This document shows, piece after piece, positions 25,295-39,700 of a stretch of 64,000 nucleotides of DNA. Location of the stretch: NCBI RefSeq assembly GCF_963921235.1, contig NC_086097.1, positions 218,366,001 through 218,430,000 on the forward strand. Direction: 5' to 3'. Position 1 is the stretch's first letter; each line of letters opens with the position of its first letter. A program made the translations under genes and the position numbers. The notes under the pieces are model-generated. The model ran no database searches. It was given only the letters and a program-made list of their open reading frames with translations, and was not told the origin of the DNA. This DNA is from Mobula hypostoma (lineage: Eukaryota).

Positions 25295-27610
25295 ACATAA
25301 GACTTAGGAGCAGAATTAGGCCATTCGGTGCATCAATTCTGTTCTGCCATTCCATCATTGCTGACATTATCCCTCAAAAAACCTATTCTTCTAACTTCTT
25401 CCCATAACTTAGACACCTTAATTAATCAAGAACCTATCAACCTGCACCTTAAATATACCCAGCGTTCTGGATTGCACAGCCGTCTGCAGCTAAGAAATAT
25501 TTCCTCAGCTCTGTTATAAATTGATGCCACTCAAATCTGAGGTTGTGCCCTCTGGTCCTAGACTTCCCTCATTGCAGGAAACATCCTTTCCACATCCACT
25601 CTATCCAGACCTTCAAATATTCAATAGGTTTCAATGAGATCACTACTCATTCTTCTGAACTCCAGCAAGTAGAGGCCCAAAACCATCAAACGCTCCTCAT
25701 ATGTTAAATCCTTCATTCCTAAGATCATTCTCCTGAACCTCCCCTGAACTCTCTCCGATGGCAGCATATCCTTTCTTAGATGTGGCCCAAAACTGCTCAC
25801 AATACTCTTACTGCAGTCTGACAAATGCCTTATGAAGTCTCAGCATTACATCATTGCTTCTATATCCTAGTCCTTTCGAAATGAATGCTAACATTGCATT
25901 TGCCTTCCTTACCACTGATTTAACCTGCAAGTTAACCTTTATGGAATCTGGCACAAGGACTCCCAAATCTCTCTGCACATGTAATTTTTGAATTTTCTCA
26001 CCATTTACATAATAGTCCACGCTTTTATTCTTTCTGCTAAACTGCACGATAATGCACTTCAAAGATAATATTCCATCTGCCTCTTCTTTACCCATTCCCC
26101 CAATCTGCCCAAGTACTTCTGCAGACTCATTGCTTCCTTAACACTATCAGCCCTTCCACCAAGCTTCGTATCATGCACAAACTTGGCCACAATGTGATCA
26201 AATCCTTCATTAAAATCATTGATATGTAACATGAAAAGAAGTGGCCCCAACACAGACTCCGGCAGAACACCACTGGTCACCTACAGCCAACCACAAAAGG
26301 TCCTCTTTAGTCCCACTCTTTGTGTCCTGCCAGGCAGCCAATCTTCTATCCATTCCAGTACCTATTCCATAACACCATCGGCTCTGTTTGGTTAAGAAAC
26401 CTCACATTTGGCACCTTATCAAAGGCCGCCTAAAAATCCAAGTAAGCAACATCCACTGACTTTACTTTGTCTATCCTGCCTGTTATTTCCGCAAAGAATA
26501 CCAACAAATTTGTCAGGCAAAATTTTCTCCTTTACAATACCACGTTGACTTTAGCCTATTTTATCATGTGCCCCAAGTACCCCAAAACCCCATCCTTAAT
26601 AATGGACTCCAACATCTTTCCAACCACTGAAGCACTGAAGTCAGGCTGACTGGCCTACAATTTCCTTTCTACTTCCTCCCTCTTTTCTTAAAGAATGGAG
26701 TGACATTTACAATTATCCAGTCCTCAGGAATCATTCAAGAATCCAGTGATTCTTGAAAGATCATTAGCAATGCCTCCACAATCTCTTCAGTTGCCTCTTT
26801 CAGACCCTGGGGTGTATCCATCCAATCTAGGTGACTTATCTACTATATTTCAGCTTCCAAGCACCTTCTGCCCCCGGCACTTTGCATTTCTGGATTTCTG
26901 CTAGTGATTTTCACACTGAAGACTGACACAAAATACCAAATGCATTCCTCCACTATCTATTTGTTCCACATTACTACCTCTCCAGCATCGTTTATCCACT
27001 CTCAACTTTCTTTTACTCCTTACATATCTGAAAAAACTTTATGTATCCTCATTTATACTACTGGGCAATTTTCCTTCATATTTCATCTCTTCTCTCTTTA
27101 AAGACTTTCTAGTTGAACTCTGTTGTTACTTAAAAGCTTCCCAATCCTCTAACTTCCCACTAATTTTTGCTATATTATATGTCCTCTCTTTTGCTTTTAT
27201 ACTGTCTTTGACTTCCCATGTCAACCACAGTTGCCTCGTGCTCCCTTTAGAATACATCATCATCTTTGGGATACACCTTTCTTGTGCCTTCCAAATTCCC
27301 CCAGAAACACCAACCATTACTGCTCTGCTACCATCCCTAATTGTGTCCCCTTCCAATCAACTTTGGCCAGCTCTTCTCTCATGCCACTGCAATTCCCTTT
27401 ACCCCTCTGTAATACTGATACATCTGATTTTAACTTCTCCTTCTCAAACTGCAGGGTGAATTCTATCATATTACGATCAGTGTTTCCTTAGAGTTCCTTT
27501 ACCTTGGGCTTCCTAATCAAACCTGGGTCATTACATAACACCCAATCCAGAATTGCCATTCCCCTGGTTGGAACAACCACAAGCTGCTTTAAAAAGCCAT
27601 CTCATAGGCA
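25295..27610 (-). mobile_element. CR1 LINE ORF2, decayed
   Basis: 3' tail at about 25300; RT fragments ([16 protein letters not shown]); linker and APE remnant. Confidence 0.9.
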
Positions 27611-27619
27611 ATCAAAAGC

Positions 27620-28200
27620 AAGGTTAAATAAATAAGTTTTAGCTGGCTTTTAAAAGTGTCAACTGAGCCTGAATTCCTTATGATTTTAGGTATTAAGTTC
27701 CACAGTTCAGCAGTATTCTTATAAAAAGCTGACCTGTCAATTTTCTTTTGAAAGAGATTGTTTAAAGAGTCTGGCAGAAGAAGACCTGACAGTTCATGCA
27801 GGTTTATAAAACAAAAGCGATTCTGTGATATATTCTGGTGCCAGACCATTGAATGCTTTAAAAAAAAGTTAATGAACTTTAAAATCAATTATAAAAGATA
27901 TAAGAAGCCAATGCAGAGTAGTTAGATGGGAGTGATATGCTCGTTTTAATTAAAAGCCCAGCAGTGACATTCTGAATGAGTTGATGTTTGTCAATCGATT
28001 GCTTTAGAAGGCCAGTAAAAAGTGAATTGCAGTAATCTAGTCTATTCAATATAAAGGCATGAATTAGTTTTTCAGCCTCATTACATGACAGAAATGGACA
28101 TTCTTTTGCGATATTTCTTAAGTGTAGAAATGCTGCTCTGGTCACTTTCTTTAGGTGGAATTTAAAATTAGGCCTGTTACATCTGATTTTACAAGCCAGC
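27620..28200 (-). mobile_element. L2-clade LINE 3' fragment
   Basis: AAFLHLRNIAK...AEKLIHAFILNRLDYCNSLFTGL, a typical L2 C-terminal motif. Confidence 0.8.
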
Positions 28201-28939
28201 TTCTGATGTTAAGCCCACTGGTGAAGTATTTCTCTGTATATTTATTGATGTTTATTCTAATCTTACCTTATCAGTGGATCGTACATCCGAGCACGATCTC
28301 ACCTTGAGGATGGAGAGCAGATTCATACAGTGTTGGTGCTGGGAGATCTGCATGGGTTATGGATTTCTGTCAGAGCTTAGCAATAAGCGTCGATATGTTG
28401 CTGCTGGAATGAAGGTTGATATGGTGCAGTAGTTACCAAAAAGAGAGGGGAGTAGGTATAAAACTTTGCTTGGTAAGGGAGGAGTGATAATAACAATCTC
28501 AAAAGAAGTAGGCACAGTAGCCTAAGAACAAGGAAGCATTTATAGAGACAGAAAGCATAAAAGCCAGCAAGGAAACTTGGGCAGCCAACAATTAAATGGG
28601 GATGTGATCAACTGAAAAAGCGTTGGGCACTTTGTACACTGGCCAAGTGCTCCCACTCTACAAGGTGCTAATCCATACTTATAACAAAGGAAGGACAAAG
28701 GCGAGGTGAAGTACTTGCTCCATGTGAAAACCAGGGAGAATCAAACCAGATCATACAGTCCATTTACATCAGTAAATAACAGACATTAGAACATAATCAC
28801 CTGCCTCATCTATAATTAGACATGGACATCTTTGAAGTCCAGATACCTTGATAGCCATATAATAATTAATTTGTCTGATAAATATTAACTTTAACACCAT
28901 CTTATTAATTATCAAGCACAATATAAATGATAAACTTAC

Positions 28940-29064
28940 TTAAATGTCATGCCAGTTTGAAGAAGAGACTGGAAGAAATGTTGTGAACTGCTACTGGGTA
29001 CACGTATATCCACAACACCACCAACTTTAATAGAAGCAATACTGCTAGGTTGCCATAAATCCAG
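28940..29064 (-). CDS. CPA6: CPA6 coding exon 3 (prodomain)
   Basis: ttacag|LDLWQPSSIASIKVGGVVDIRVPSSSSQHFFQSLLQTGMTF(K)|gtaagt. 125 nt. DLWQPSS is typical of CPA6. Confidence 0.93.
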
Positions 29065-29187
29065 CTGTAAAGAGAAATAAAATGTGACTCTGTGTTTATT
29101 CAAACTACTATACACTGTATTATATCAAAGTTCTGCATTTATAGACTAGAATTTAGCAACATTTAATGATGTCTTTAACTAAATTAT

Positions 29188-29440
29188 GCCTTCAATAAGA
29201 TCACAACCTCGTCGTGGTTTGGAGGCTTCTATCCCTCAATGGCCCAGACAGCTATATTGCCTTTATGCTTTGGTTCTTGGTGGGGTCACCCACACCAAAC
29301 AGATCAAAAGGTAGAGGCCAGACTAAGAGTGGTCCACTGGTGCTCCAGGCTCGTGGGCTCAGTCCAGGGTTCATAACACTGACTGGCCAAAAAAAAGTTG
29401 TTACCGAAACAGCAATGAAGAATCCTTCTATATTGGTGTG
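29188..29440 (+). mobile_element. RTE (Rex3/Expander-like) 5' leader fragment with a candidate HDV-like ribozyme fold
   Basis: acctcgtcgtggt...ggggtcacccacaccaaacag...ggccagactaagagtggtcc resembles RTE 5' UTRs (from recall); pairings are given in findings. Confidence 0.55.
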
Positions 29441-30004
29441 ACAGTATGGACAGCAGCATAACGGGCAGCAAATAAGTAAACTAATGGAGCCTCTTGCAAA
29501 ATAATTTATTAATCAGTTCCATTGGAGTAATAATTACCATTTCATCTGTCCGCTGTCCACCCCTTTGATTCCAATAGATGTTACTTAAGAAGACAAATGG
29601 CAAAGGCCTTTAATTAAGATTAGTTATCATAAATGATATCTTGTCCTGTGAGGCAAGGTAGTTTTGATAGCTAACATAATTGCAGAAGGCAAAATCTATG
29701 TGCAAGTTCTGATGATTTTCTTTGTCAGCAAACAAGCATGGCAGTCTTGGTCAGAAGTCTAGTACCAAATCAAAAGCAACATTGGTATCTCTAGTCTAGC
29801 AATTAACAGGAAATGGAGAGCTTTAAAGCACTTGCTGTACTCACACAACTTATGTCACTAAATTATGTATATTCTCATGAAGTACTACATAAGAACTACT
29901 ATGTGAAATTAGTCAGTTGATGGAGCTATGCAGTTAGCATAGCAGATTCTATATTACAGGACCTTTCATTCTGGAAGGGTTGAAGTAACACAAGCAAGAT
30001 GTCA

Positions 30005-30966
30005 AGGATTTGGACTACGGTATTAATGGATTTGTGTCTAAATTTGCCAATGATACAAAGACAGGTGGACGAATGGGTAGTGTTGCAGAAATACAGAGCC
30101 TGCAGAGAGACTTAGATAGTTTAGGGGAGTGAGCAAAGAAGTGGCAAATGAAATACAATGTTGGAAAGTGTATGGTCATGCACTTTGGTGGAAGAAATAA
30201 ATGGGCAGACTATTATTTAGATGGGGAGAGAATTCAAAATGCAGAGATGCAAAGAGACTTGGGAGTCCTTGTGCAAGATACCCTTAAGGTTAACCTCCAG
30301 GTTGAGTCGGTTGTGAAGAAGGCAAATGCAATGTTGGCATTTATTTCCAGAGGTACAGAAGACAAGAGCAGGGATGTGATGTTGAGGCTCTATGAGGCAC
30401 CGGTGAGACCACACTTGGAGAATTGTGTGCAGTTTTGGGCTCCTTATTTTAGAAAGTATATACTGACATTGGAGAGGGTTCAGAGGAGATTCCCGATTAT
30501 GATTCCAGGAATGAAAGTGTTACCATATGAGGAACGTCTGGCAGCTCTTGGACTATATTCCCTGGGGTTCAAGAGAATGGTGGAGGATCTCATAGAAACA
30601 ATCCAAACGTTAAAAGGCCTGAACAGATTAGATATGACAAAGTTATTTCCCATGGTAGGGGATTCTAGGAGAAGAGGGCACAACTTCAGGATTGAAGGAT
30701 GTCCATTTAAAACTGAGATGCGGAGAAATTACTTTAGTCAGAGGGTGGTAAATCTGTGGAATTTGTTGCCATGAGTGGCTGTGGAGGCCAAGTCATTGGG
30801 TGCATTTAAGGCAGAGGTAGATAGGTTCTTGACTAGCCCGGGCATCAGAGGGTATGGGGTGAAAGCAGGAAAGAAAGCAGGAAGAATTGGTTCAGCCCAT
30901 GATTGAATGGCAGAGCAGACTTGATGGGCTGAATGGTCTACATCTGTTGCTATATCTTATGGTCTA
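30005..30966 (+). mobile_element. CR1 3' fragment
   Basis: ORF 30148-30774 (QRDLGVLV, RPHLENCVQFW, FSQRVVNLWN) followed by a CR1 tail. Confidence 0.92.
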
Positions 30967-31131
30967 AGATCAGCAAGTAAAGATTTTAAAAAATTAGTTA
31001 TATAATAGACTTATTCAAATCTATTTACAAATAAAGTTATTTCTCTAATTACAGTAAAAATAATTTTCACCTACAATTTTGGAGTGTGCATTAGTCATCC
31101 AACTATTCACTACTTCATTGCTTTTCACCTT

Positions 31132-32985
31132 TCAATGAGATGGTGCAGTGATATCAGCTTCTCAGCATTAGGCTGAATGTCACTCAGGAGTCTGACATTG
31201 AATATGACGTTGGATATGTAATAAAGAACATCATGACTTTTTTCCACAGTGCAGGATAGCATTCAGAGATTTCTTTCTGCAACCAAGTCTTAATATATTT
31301 TTTTGAACCTCAGCTTCAACTCATAGTCATTTTGTAGCAAGGTCAATTCTTCCTGCTAATTCCTCATTACAGGTGTTCAGAAATGGGTTTATTACACAAT
31401 CCGGAATTAGGATCAAGAGAAGATCCTGAAATCTCTCTGATATGCCTTCATGCAGCTCACCTACGTACGCACAGTATACTTGAAGATCATCATCTGGTAT
31501 TCTTACTCTCTTATCTAGTTGTGATGGCCAATATTGCACTTAAATAGGGTTGGGTAGAAATTTGGAGACAACTGATTTGGCCTTGATAATATTCACTTCA
31601 TTTCCTTGCAGTTGAAGATTGATTCCATTAAACTTGGTGAGTATTTTGAGTGTATAAAAGCATCTCCGGCAGTTTCCTTTTGAGAGCCATCTGATCTCTT
31701 TGTGCAACAGCAAATCTTGAACCATGCTCTCATCTTTTATGTAGTGAACATAACCAAGAAGCAAAGATTTGTTGCTTGGTAAACTTGATTCATCCAACCG
31801 CAGAGCTAATTCTACTGTCCTAAGTATGTTGCACAATGTGTCTTTCATATTCTCATACATTTTATCTATTCCCCTTTGAACAGAGCTGTTGCTGTGCAGA
31901 ATAGCTTTAATTATTTGGTCCAGTGACATACACAGAACTTTCCTTACTGCTGGCAGAAGCAGTTCTTCTCCGATTTTATGGGGCATTCCAACTTTAAGCA
32001 ATGAGCATTGAAATACTATACAAAGCAAGCAAACCATCACTATTTTGTTGTGAACTGCTGGTAAACACGTTTTGAAGTGTTTTCCATTTTTGAAACTTTT
32101 CACGAAGTGACTGAATACAAGTTGAGTTCTTGTTTGCTTTATCAGAGAGTATTCTCTTCAAATGTTCAAGGAGTCTAGATGCGTTCATTACCTTATTTGA
32201 AAAAAAAACTTTTTCACACAGCAGACATATTGGTTGTTGTTTCTTGCTTGGGGCTGGTATAAATCCATATTTCAGTTACTCCACACTATACTGTCTATTC
32301 TTCTTTCTCATTTGTTCTGCTTTCGCCATTTTCGTTATGAATTAATGACCACAGCCAATCACCTTTTGTTTAAGTCCAAACATTGCTATCAATAAAGGGG
32401 AAAGTTATGACACCATCATAGCTCAGGCAAAACCTGACTCTCTGCCTGAAGGTACATAAAGTGGGGCAGCAATATTTCAGTTGGGCCATGGGCTGGAGGA
32501 AGGCAATCAAGACCATCTGAATGCCATACCCTAATTGACTGGAATTGCATCACTAAGTGGTTAGAGTATTGGAATCATGCTAGCTAATATTGCACTACAG
32601 TAGTGAAAAGCAATAATGTACGGGCCAGGACTGGAGATAACATGATTTCCTCTGTCCAGATTTCTCATGATATGCCAAATACAGAAGTGTCACATTATAT
32701 TCCAACAACTATACTCATTTCAAGCAAAGTTCAGCAAGAGATGATAAGATGACTACATGCTTATTGTAATTAATTACTGTATGAGGCACTGAGGATTGAA
32801 TGCTTATAATATGTAATCCATTTAAGTTAAACCTGTAATTCCTCAGCTACCCCCTTTGTTACAGAACCCCCTCCCACCACTTCCTTTACTTACTTAATTA
32901 ATTAATTAATTAAACTTTACTTTTATTGCTCCATTAAAAACTCCACTGCCCCAGAGGGTGATATCACCCACTTTGGGAACTACTG
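31132..32985 (-). mobile_element. hAT (Buster/Charlie-type) DNA transposon, decayed
   Basis: ATG at 32329, then RQYSVE*LKYGF...PICLLCEKVF, LRLDESSLP, EIRWLSKGN and ERFQDLL. Terminal CAGTAGTTCCCAAAGTGGG at 32985, flanked by atatagag (nnnTAnnn-type target). The other TIR was not found. Confidence 0.85.
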
Positions 32986-34339
32986 ATATAGAGCAAGCTG
33001 TGAATGTACTAAAATTTGCAGAAAATATTTGATAAGGTGCCGCACCAAACGTTGCAGCAAAAACTGAAAGCATGTATGAGGAATTGTAATATATTTGTTT
33101 GCATAGAAGATTGGCTAGCTTATAAAATACATACTGTAGGCAGAAATGGATCTTTTCTGGTTTGAAATGTATCATTAGTGTGTGGCAGAGTTTAGTGCTC
33201 GATTCTCGACTTCTTACGATTTATACAATTACTTGGAGAAAGAGATCAAAATTATAGTTGCTCAATTTGCTGATGTCAAAAAGTCGGTGGATATTACATG
33301 TGAGGAATGGTCCCAGGCACAACAATTTTCAGCAGCCTCAAATTCTTCATTTGATTGTAAAGTTAGTCACGAGGACCCTTACTGATGATTGCATAGTGCT
33401 TCATGATACTCACAGCTCATCAGAAAATGAAGCAGTCCATGCCTGTGTAAAGCGAGGCCTATGTAGCATTCAGGCAAGAGCTGATAGATCACAAGTAACA
33501 TTCGTATCACAAAAGTATGATGTAATGATTATATCTAATCAAGGAAAGTCTACCACATGTCCTTGATGCTCAATAGCATCACTGAGTGTCCCAAAATCAA
33601 CTTCCTAGGGTCATTGTTAACCAGAAACTCACCTGGAACAGCCTAAATACCAAGGGTAAAAAAGAGCAGGTCAGAGGCAGAGTATCTTGCAGTGAGCTTC
33701 AACACCATTCAAGAAGTTTGCTATCAACTTAGACAAAGTAACCTACATGACTGGCATTCCCTGAATATTCACCATGGTTGTAGTGTGTAGTATTGTACAA
33801 TGTGGCATTTTCCTGACCTGCACCTACGACCACCAAAAATGACAAGGGGAGCAGGTGAACAGAAACTCCACCACATGAAGATTCCCTTTCAGGCAGCATA
33901 GAATTCTGACTATACCTCCATTATTACTGAATCCAAATTGAGGAAGTCACTACCAACCAGCTTTGTATAAGAACCTTTACCAGAAGGACAGCAGCAGTTC
34001 AAGGAGGTTATGCAGTGCCACCTTCCCAATGAAAAATTGTCATGCTGGTCAAATCCTAAATCCAAAATCCTCAAAAAATTAATTAGTAGAACTGAAGTCA
34101 CTGCTGGATGAGTGAGATCATAATTAAGAAGAGAAGCCTTTATTTACTTTTCATTCATCCCACAGGAACAGGATGAGCGGACACAAAAGGGTGTGCCAAC
34201 ATTACAAGCTTCTCCAAACTGCAGTACAATCTTAGATGGCAGTCCTGACATATCAGAATAGCGACCTCTCTGGCAACCTCTTGCGAGGAGTGCCTAACTG
34301 CAACCTTCAAGCAATTCTTACACGGAATAATCTGCATAA

Positions 34340-34930
34340 TATTTCATTAGATTTGCTGTTCATTTCCACCCTGGTGCATATCTGAGTGTTCCTTTTCCTT
34401 CCCTGATGTTTCTATCTCCAGTTTATGGAATAGGTCAACTACATACCTCCTCCCACCCTGCTTCCCGTACCAATTCCATTTCATTCTCCCAGTTTATATG
34501 GACCATTTTATCTGTTCCATTGATGAAATTTTCCGTAACAGTGCCTTTGATATATCTTCATTAATTGTGGCCTCCCCTCTATCATTTGTTAAATTGTTCT
34601 CAATCATGTCTCTTCTTCTTCCCACATTTCTGCCCTTATCCATTCTCCTCCCAAATTAAACCTTTTACCTTCTTCTTACCTCTCACGTCACGATCTCCAG
34701 ATTCAATGGATTGCAGGTTCAATGGGATTCTACCACTAGGCTAATTCACCTGTCCCCTGATCTTTCAGAATTCTAAAGAGACTATTCTTCCTTAACTCAG
34801 TCTTCCATCACAACTATCCACTTTCCCTCTCACCTATGTAATGCAGAAGACGCACTATTGCCCTATTGCATCATCCCTTCCCACCATTCAGGGACCCAAG
34901 CAGCCCATCTAGGTGAAACAGTTCACTTCC
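34340..34930 (+). mobile_element. Highly decayed Penelope-like RT/endonuclease fragment
   Basis: Resembles the reverse complement of 55000-55585 (e.g. accattcagggacccaagcag...aggtgaaacag). Confidence 0.55.
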
Positions 34931-35125
34931 ATTTGAAGAATTACATCACATTGTGTGGATTTGTAGATTGACGTATCGTTGCAGATTGTTTTCTCACAGT
35001 TAAATGACTTAAACACCAAATCACAAGGATCTGGCAAAAGACTTGATATTTGAGAATATAAAAGCCTTGAAATCAAACTGGATTTAAAGATAATGCCAAA
35101 AATGGCACTTTTAAATTCAGCAATA

Positions 35126-35872
35126 CAGTGGATTCCGGTTAAACAGGCCAGCAGTTAATCAGGGCAGCCACTTATGTGGGAAAACTCTTAAAGAGCAAAA
35201 ACTAATCAAGAAAACTGCTGGGATTCTCTTTGTTTATTTGGGACAGTTTGGGGCTTAATTGGGGCAGGAGACTGTTGCTGAACAGGTTCTAACTAGTGTC
35301 AGTCATGCACACTTGTGCGACTGTTAGATGCTACGCTGTACTTAAGAGTAAAATAGCATCAGATCTGTGTGTTTATGTTCAAAAAGTGGTGATTTTTGTT
35401 ACTAATAGTTGCTGAGAAATAAGCAGCAGACAATTCCGAGCTGTTCTGTTCATTGCAATTCTAAGCATTCAGACTTGGAGAAGCCAGAAATGGCTGGGAG
35501 AGAAAATGAAATGATTTCAACGAGTTAGGAACTATGATGAATTTGAATGTTACAATGAAAATGAAGATCTGAAGGATGCAGTCGTCAGTAGCATTGTATG
35601 AAGGCAGTCCGTTATCTGCTCTAGGTGTCTGTGCTGATTGGTTCATTGTGTACACTGGATGAATTCCTCCATTGATAACTATTAGGAATTAATACTGTTT
35701 TGTTCTGTATTTCATTTAAATACATGATTTGTTACTCAGTTTGTCTTTTTTATACCTTTTTAATTAATTTCATGAAACTTTGGCTAATTGGGGCAGCCAC
35801 TTAATTGGGCCAGCCACTTAACTGGGCCAAAATAAACGGATCCCATTGTGTTCCAATTAAGTGAATCCAGTG
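35126..35872. mobile_element. Tigger/pogo-like non-autonomous DNA transposon
   Basis: TA|CAGTGGATTCCGGTTAA at left and ttaagtgaatccagtg at right (imperfect TIR); subterminal ggcagccacttaattgggc repeats. Confidence 0.65.
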
Positions 35873-35899
35873 TTTCCCAAGCCTAGCATAATACATGAC

Positions 35900-36520
35900 A
35901 GATATTGAAATTCCTGAAAAGACAGACAATTAGAATCTTCCAATACAATGTTTGAGCATTGTTGGTTCAACTATAGAACAATATTCTTTAAAATTCACTA
36001 AGTTCAGGTCATTTGAAGAAATTTCAAAATTTATAAAGTATGCAGACAGTGTAAGATGAGATAAAATAAATTCGGAAATGCCGAAGTGGATTGATTTAAT
36101 TGTGAAATGCAATTGATTGATTTATAAAGCAATTGAACCTGCAACCAAAAACTTGTCAACCAGAAAATACTGAAAGAGATGACTTAATGACCTGATCAAA
36201 GCATAAAAAAAAGACAATGAGATTTGGAAACTCTGAAATTCTAATGACCTGATCATTGTATAAGAAAAAGACAATGAGATTTGGAAACTCTGAAATTCCA
36301 TTCTTGAAACTTTTAGGTGTCTGAAGAATCTTGCAATGGCAACATTAACTGACATATCCATGTCAGTTATTGTTTTCGGGGGTAAACTTGGTCAATAATA
36401 ATTATAGAAGTAGACTTACTGATGAAAATTGTGCTGTGTGCTTAGCTCTCAAAACAGCCAAATGCAAGCTAGATACAAAATATGTGTCATTGTTAGTGTA
36501 GTTACAAAAGTCACACTGAG
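35900..36520 (+). mobile_element. Decayed hAT transposase C-terminal (dimerisation) region containing a tandem duplication of about 57 bp at 36185-36298
   Basis: Remnant NYRSRLTDENCAVCLALKT...QKSH*; duplicated taatgacctgatc...ggaaactctgaaattc. Confidence 0.6.
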
Positions 36521-36704
36521 AATAAAGTTCAGTTTATTTTCCTTGTTCTTTTTATATGAATTTGCAAAGTTTATAATTTTACATTATCATTTATTATATC
36601 TTATATAGGCATCCGCTGGTCTCATGAGACCATGGATTTGCCACTTGGAAGGTTTCCAGGGCGCACGCCTGGGCAAGATTGTATGGAAAACCAGCAGGCC
36701 AAGG

Positions 36705-39700
36705 CCTTGATGTCCCAGGCATGGGTTGGTGATGATGTCTCTCATTTGCAGAGAGCCTGATTGATTGATCTTGTCTTCAGAGCCCCTCAGTGTTAACAGA
36801 GCTCTACACTTTGCCACCTTGACCTCCTCCACTAATGATGACTATGGGAGCTGGAGCTGGCTTGACCTTATGTAGAGTCCCACTGAAGAAAAACTTGGAG
36901 CGTATCTCCAGCCACCTTGGCAAGTCCTTGTTGACTTTCCTCTTGATGGCTTCCACAGTGGTCATGGGGCACTTGTACTCCGTGAAAAGCCAGACCAGCC
37001 TTGGCAGAAGACCATGTTGGTACAACCACATCTTAAATTTAACAGGGAGTCTAGTTTTCTTCAGCCACTCTTCAGTCTTCTTTACAGCGTTGGCGATGTT
37101 GGCACTGTCCATCATTGCTGCATTAAACTACTTTCCAAGCCACTTTACTGGGTTGTCCTCTATGGATGGAATGACTTCTCCTTGCACTTGAAGACCGAAC
37201 TTGCTAGTAACCTTGCCCTTTTTGATCACCATGCATCTGGACTTCCTGGCCTTGAAAGCCATTCTAGCCCAGGAGGCTACACTGTCCAGGGTTTCCAATA
37301 GCCATCTTACTTGGACATGGGTCACAGTAGTTACTGTGATGTCATCGATGAACCCTTGTATTGCAGGTTGTCAGATCCTGGCTCCACCATTGGGCTTTGG
37401 GTTACGTCGGCTGCTGCCGACGTGAGGAGATTCATGCCCACGACAAATAAGATGGGGGATATGGTACAACTGATTGGAATCCCTTTTTGGAGATCTTGCC
37501 ATCTGGTTGTAAAATGGGCTGAAGTGAAGGGTAGCTTGAATCCTCCGAAGTAGCTGGTGATCATGTGTTGTGTTACCAGCAGGATATGGCAGTGGTCCAG
37601 GCCAACCTGGGTGAGGACGTGTGGAATTGATCTGTAGACATTGGCTAGGTCTACCTAGGTGACTGTTAGGTCGCCTTTCTTCTGCCTGACCTTGCAGATC
37701 AATTGGCTGATTATTGAGATGTGTACAAGGCACCCAGAAAACCTGGGATGCCACCTTTCTGGACTGATGTGTTGCTATAGTGGTTCTCCATTAAGTAAGA
37801 GGTCAACCTTCTCACAAGCACCCAGATTATCCACATTAAGGAGGGAGTTTGTCCTAAACCGGGTGACTATGGAGGTATCTTCTTCCTTTGGAACAAGGAA
37901 CAAACCCAAATACTGGCTTTGGAGGTGGTGCAGAGGAGGTTCACCAGGTTGATTCCAGAGATGAGGGGGTTAGCCTATAGAGAGGGATTGAGTCTGTACT
38001 TACCGGAATTCAGAAGAATGAAAGGGGATCTTAGATAGAAGCAGGAAAGTTGTTTGCACTGGTAGGTGAGTCTAGAACTAGGGGACATAGCCTCAAGATT
38101 CGGGGGAGTAGATTTAGGACAGACATGAGGAGGAACTACTTTTCCCAGAGAATGGTGAATCTGTGGAATTCTCTGCCCAATGAAGCAGTGGAGGCTACCT
38201 CAATAAATATATTTACGACATGGTTGGATAGATTATTGTATAGTACGGGAATTAGGGTTATGGAGAAAAGGCATGTAGGTGGAGATGAGTCCACGGCTAG
38301 ATTGGCCATGATCTTATTGAACAGCGGAGCAGGCTTGACAGGCCAGATGGCCTACTCCTGCTCCTATTTCTTATGTTCTTTATGTTCTTAAAGCATCCTA
38401 CAGCCGTTTTCCAGCTTGGTGGACAGAGCTTTTGGTCCAAATCTTTCTCATTATCTTCCACAACCTCCAGAGGAGTTTTGGGCATTTCTTATATACCTAG
38501 CAGGGTACACCACTTGGTCCTGGGGCGGCTTTTCCCTTCTTCATTTTCCCAGCTGCTCCTGAGCCTAGGCAGCTCTTGATGATATCCTGGACCTCCTGCC
38601 ACATGGGCTCTACCATGTTCAGCTCAGTTGCTGGGATTCTTGGCTGGGGGACTTTTGGATTGAATTGTAGTCTCTGATTCTAACAGGGATCACTATGTGA
38701 TTCCCGCAGAAATTCATCCACCTCCTGCTTTGAGCGGGTTAGGATGCCAGATTTTTGCTGGCTGAGAAGAGCCCTGGTGAACCTGAATGGGTTATGAACA
38801 AACTACGCTCTTCTTCTCTCTTTCTCCCTTCTTCATTTTCCCAGCTACTCCATCCTCCTGAGCTTAAGCAGCTGTTCCCACAGTTTGCTCGTTAGATCTT
38901 TGACACCTTCTTTTTTGCCTGGTGAACTGTTTTTGAATCGTTTGTTCAGGTTCTTTATCTCGCTTCTCAGGTAGTGAATCTCCCTTTCCCTCCTGTTTGG
39001 TTGCCGTGATGGTTTAAGATATCCTTTCTTCTCCAATGGTCCAAATCACTCTTTAGCAAAGTTGAACAGTGGCTGTGAGGGAGGTGATTTTCCTGTTGAC
39101 AGATCCTGCCAATGCAGGTTCCAAGGTGCAATCCAGGTCATCATTGAACTGCTTCCCAAATACAATGTCTGATGATCTAGGCCATCTGATCCTCACTCTT
39201 CTTGATGAATGGATCAGGGTGTGAGAGGGGGCACTCACTTGGTCTCTTTGGCACTGGGGCTGCTCAGGTGTGGAAAGATCTTCAGCTCTGTTGGGTGCTT
39301 CTCGGCTGGAGTTCTCCATTGCCTCACCAGATGTTGAGTCGCCTTAGTTCCACAGCTGGACCTGCTTTGGTGCATCCAGAGGCCTTTGATGTTTTTGCAG
39401 ATTTTGCCGTAATTGCGCTTTGCAATGAATGCCTCCGCAGTCAGCGTTGTTTGCTTGAGCTTTCTTGTTATCAGATTTCCCGTCCTGGCCATTGCCATTA
39501 TGCCTGTTCTTTTGAGTATCTCATTCCCCTCCCCCCCACCACTACCAGGAGACTCTGGGGGTATTGAGTATATAGTTTATCCATTGCTTGTACGGTGCTC
39601 TCCTGCAGGTGCTGCACACAGGTTTGCTCGCCTTGTGTGCCCATGCCAGTCTCTCCTGGAGGTCAGCTGTTTTTCCAGCGTCATTGACCTTTCTTGATTG

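Noticed and set aside
31327..32329. Domesticated transposase gene (ZBED/SCAND3/FAM200-like)
   Set aside because: Stops, frameshifts, internal deletions and a retained TIR indicate a dead transposon.
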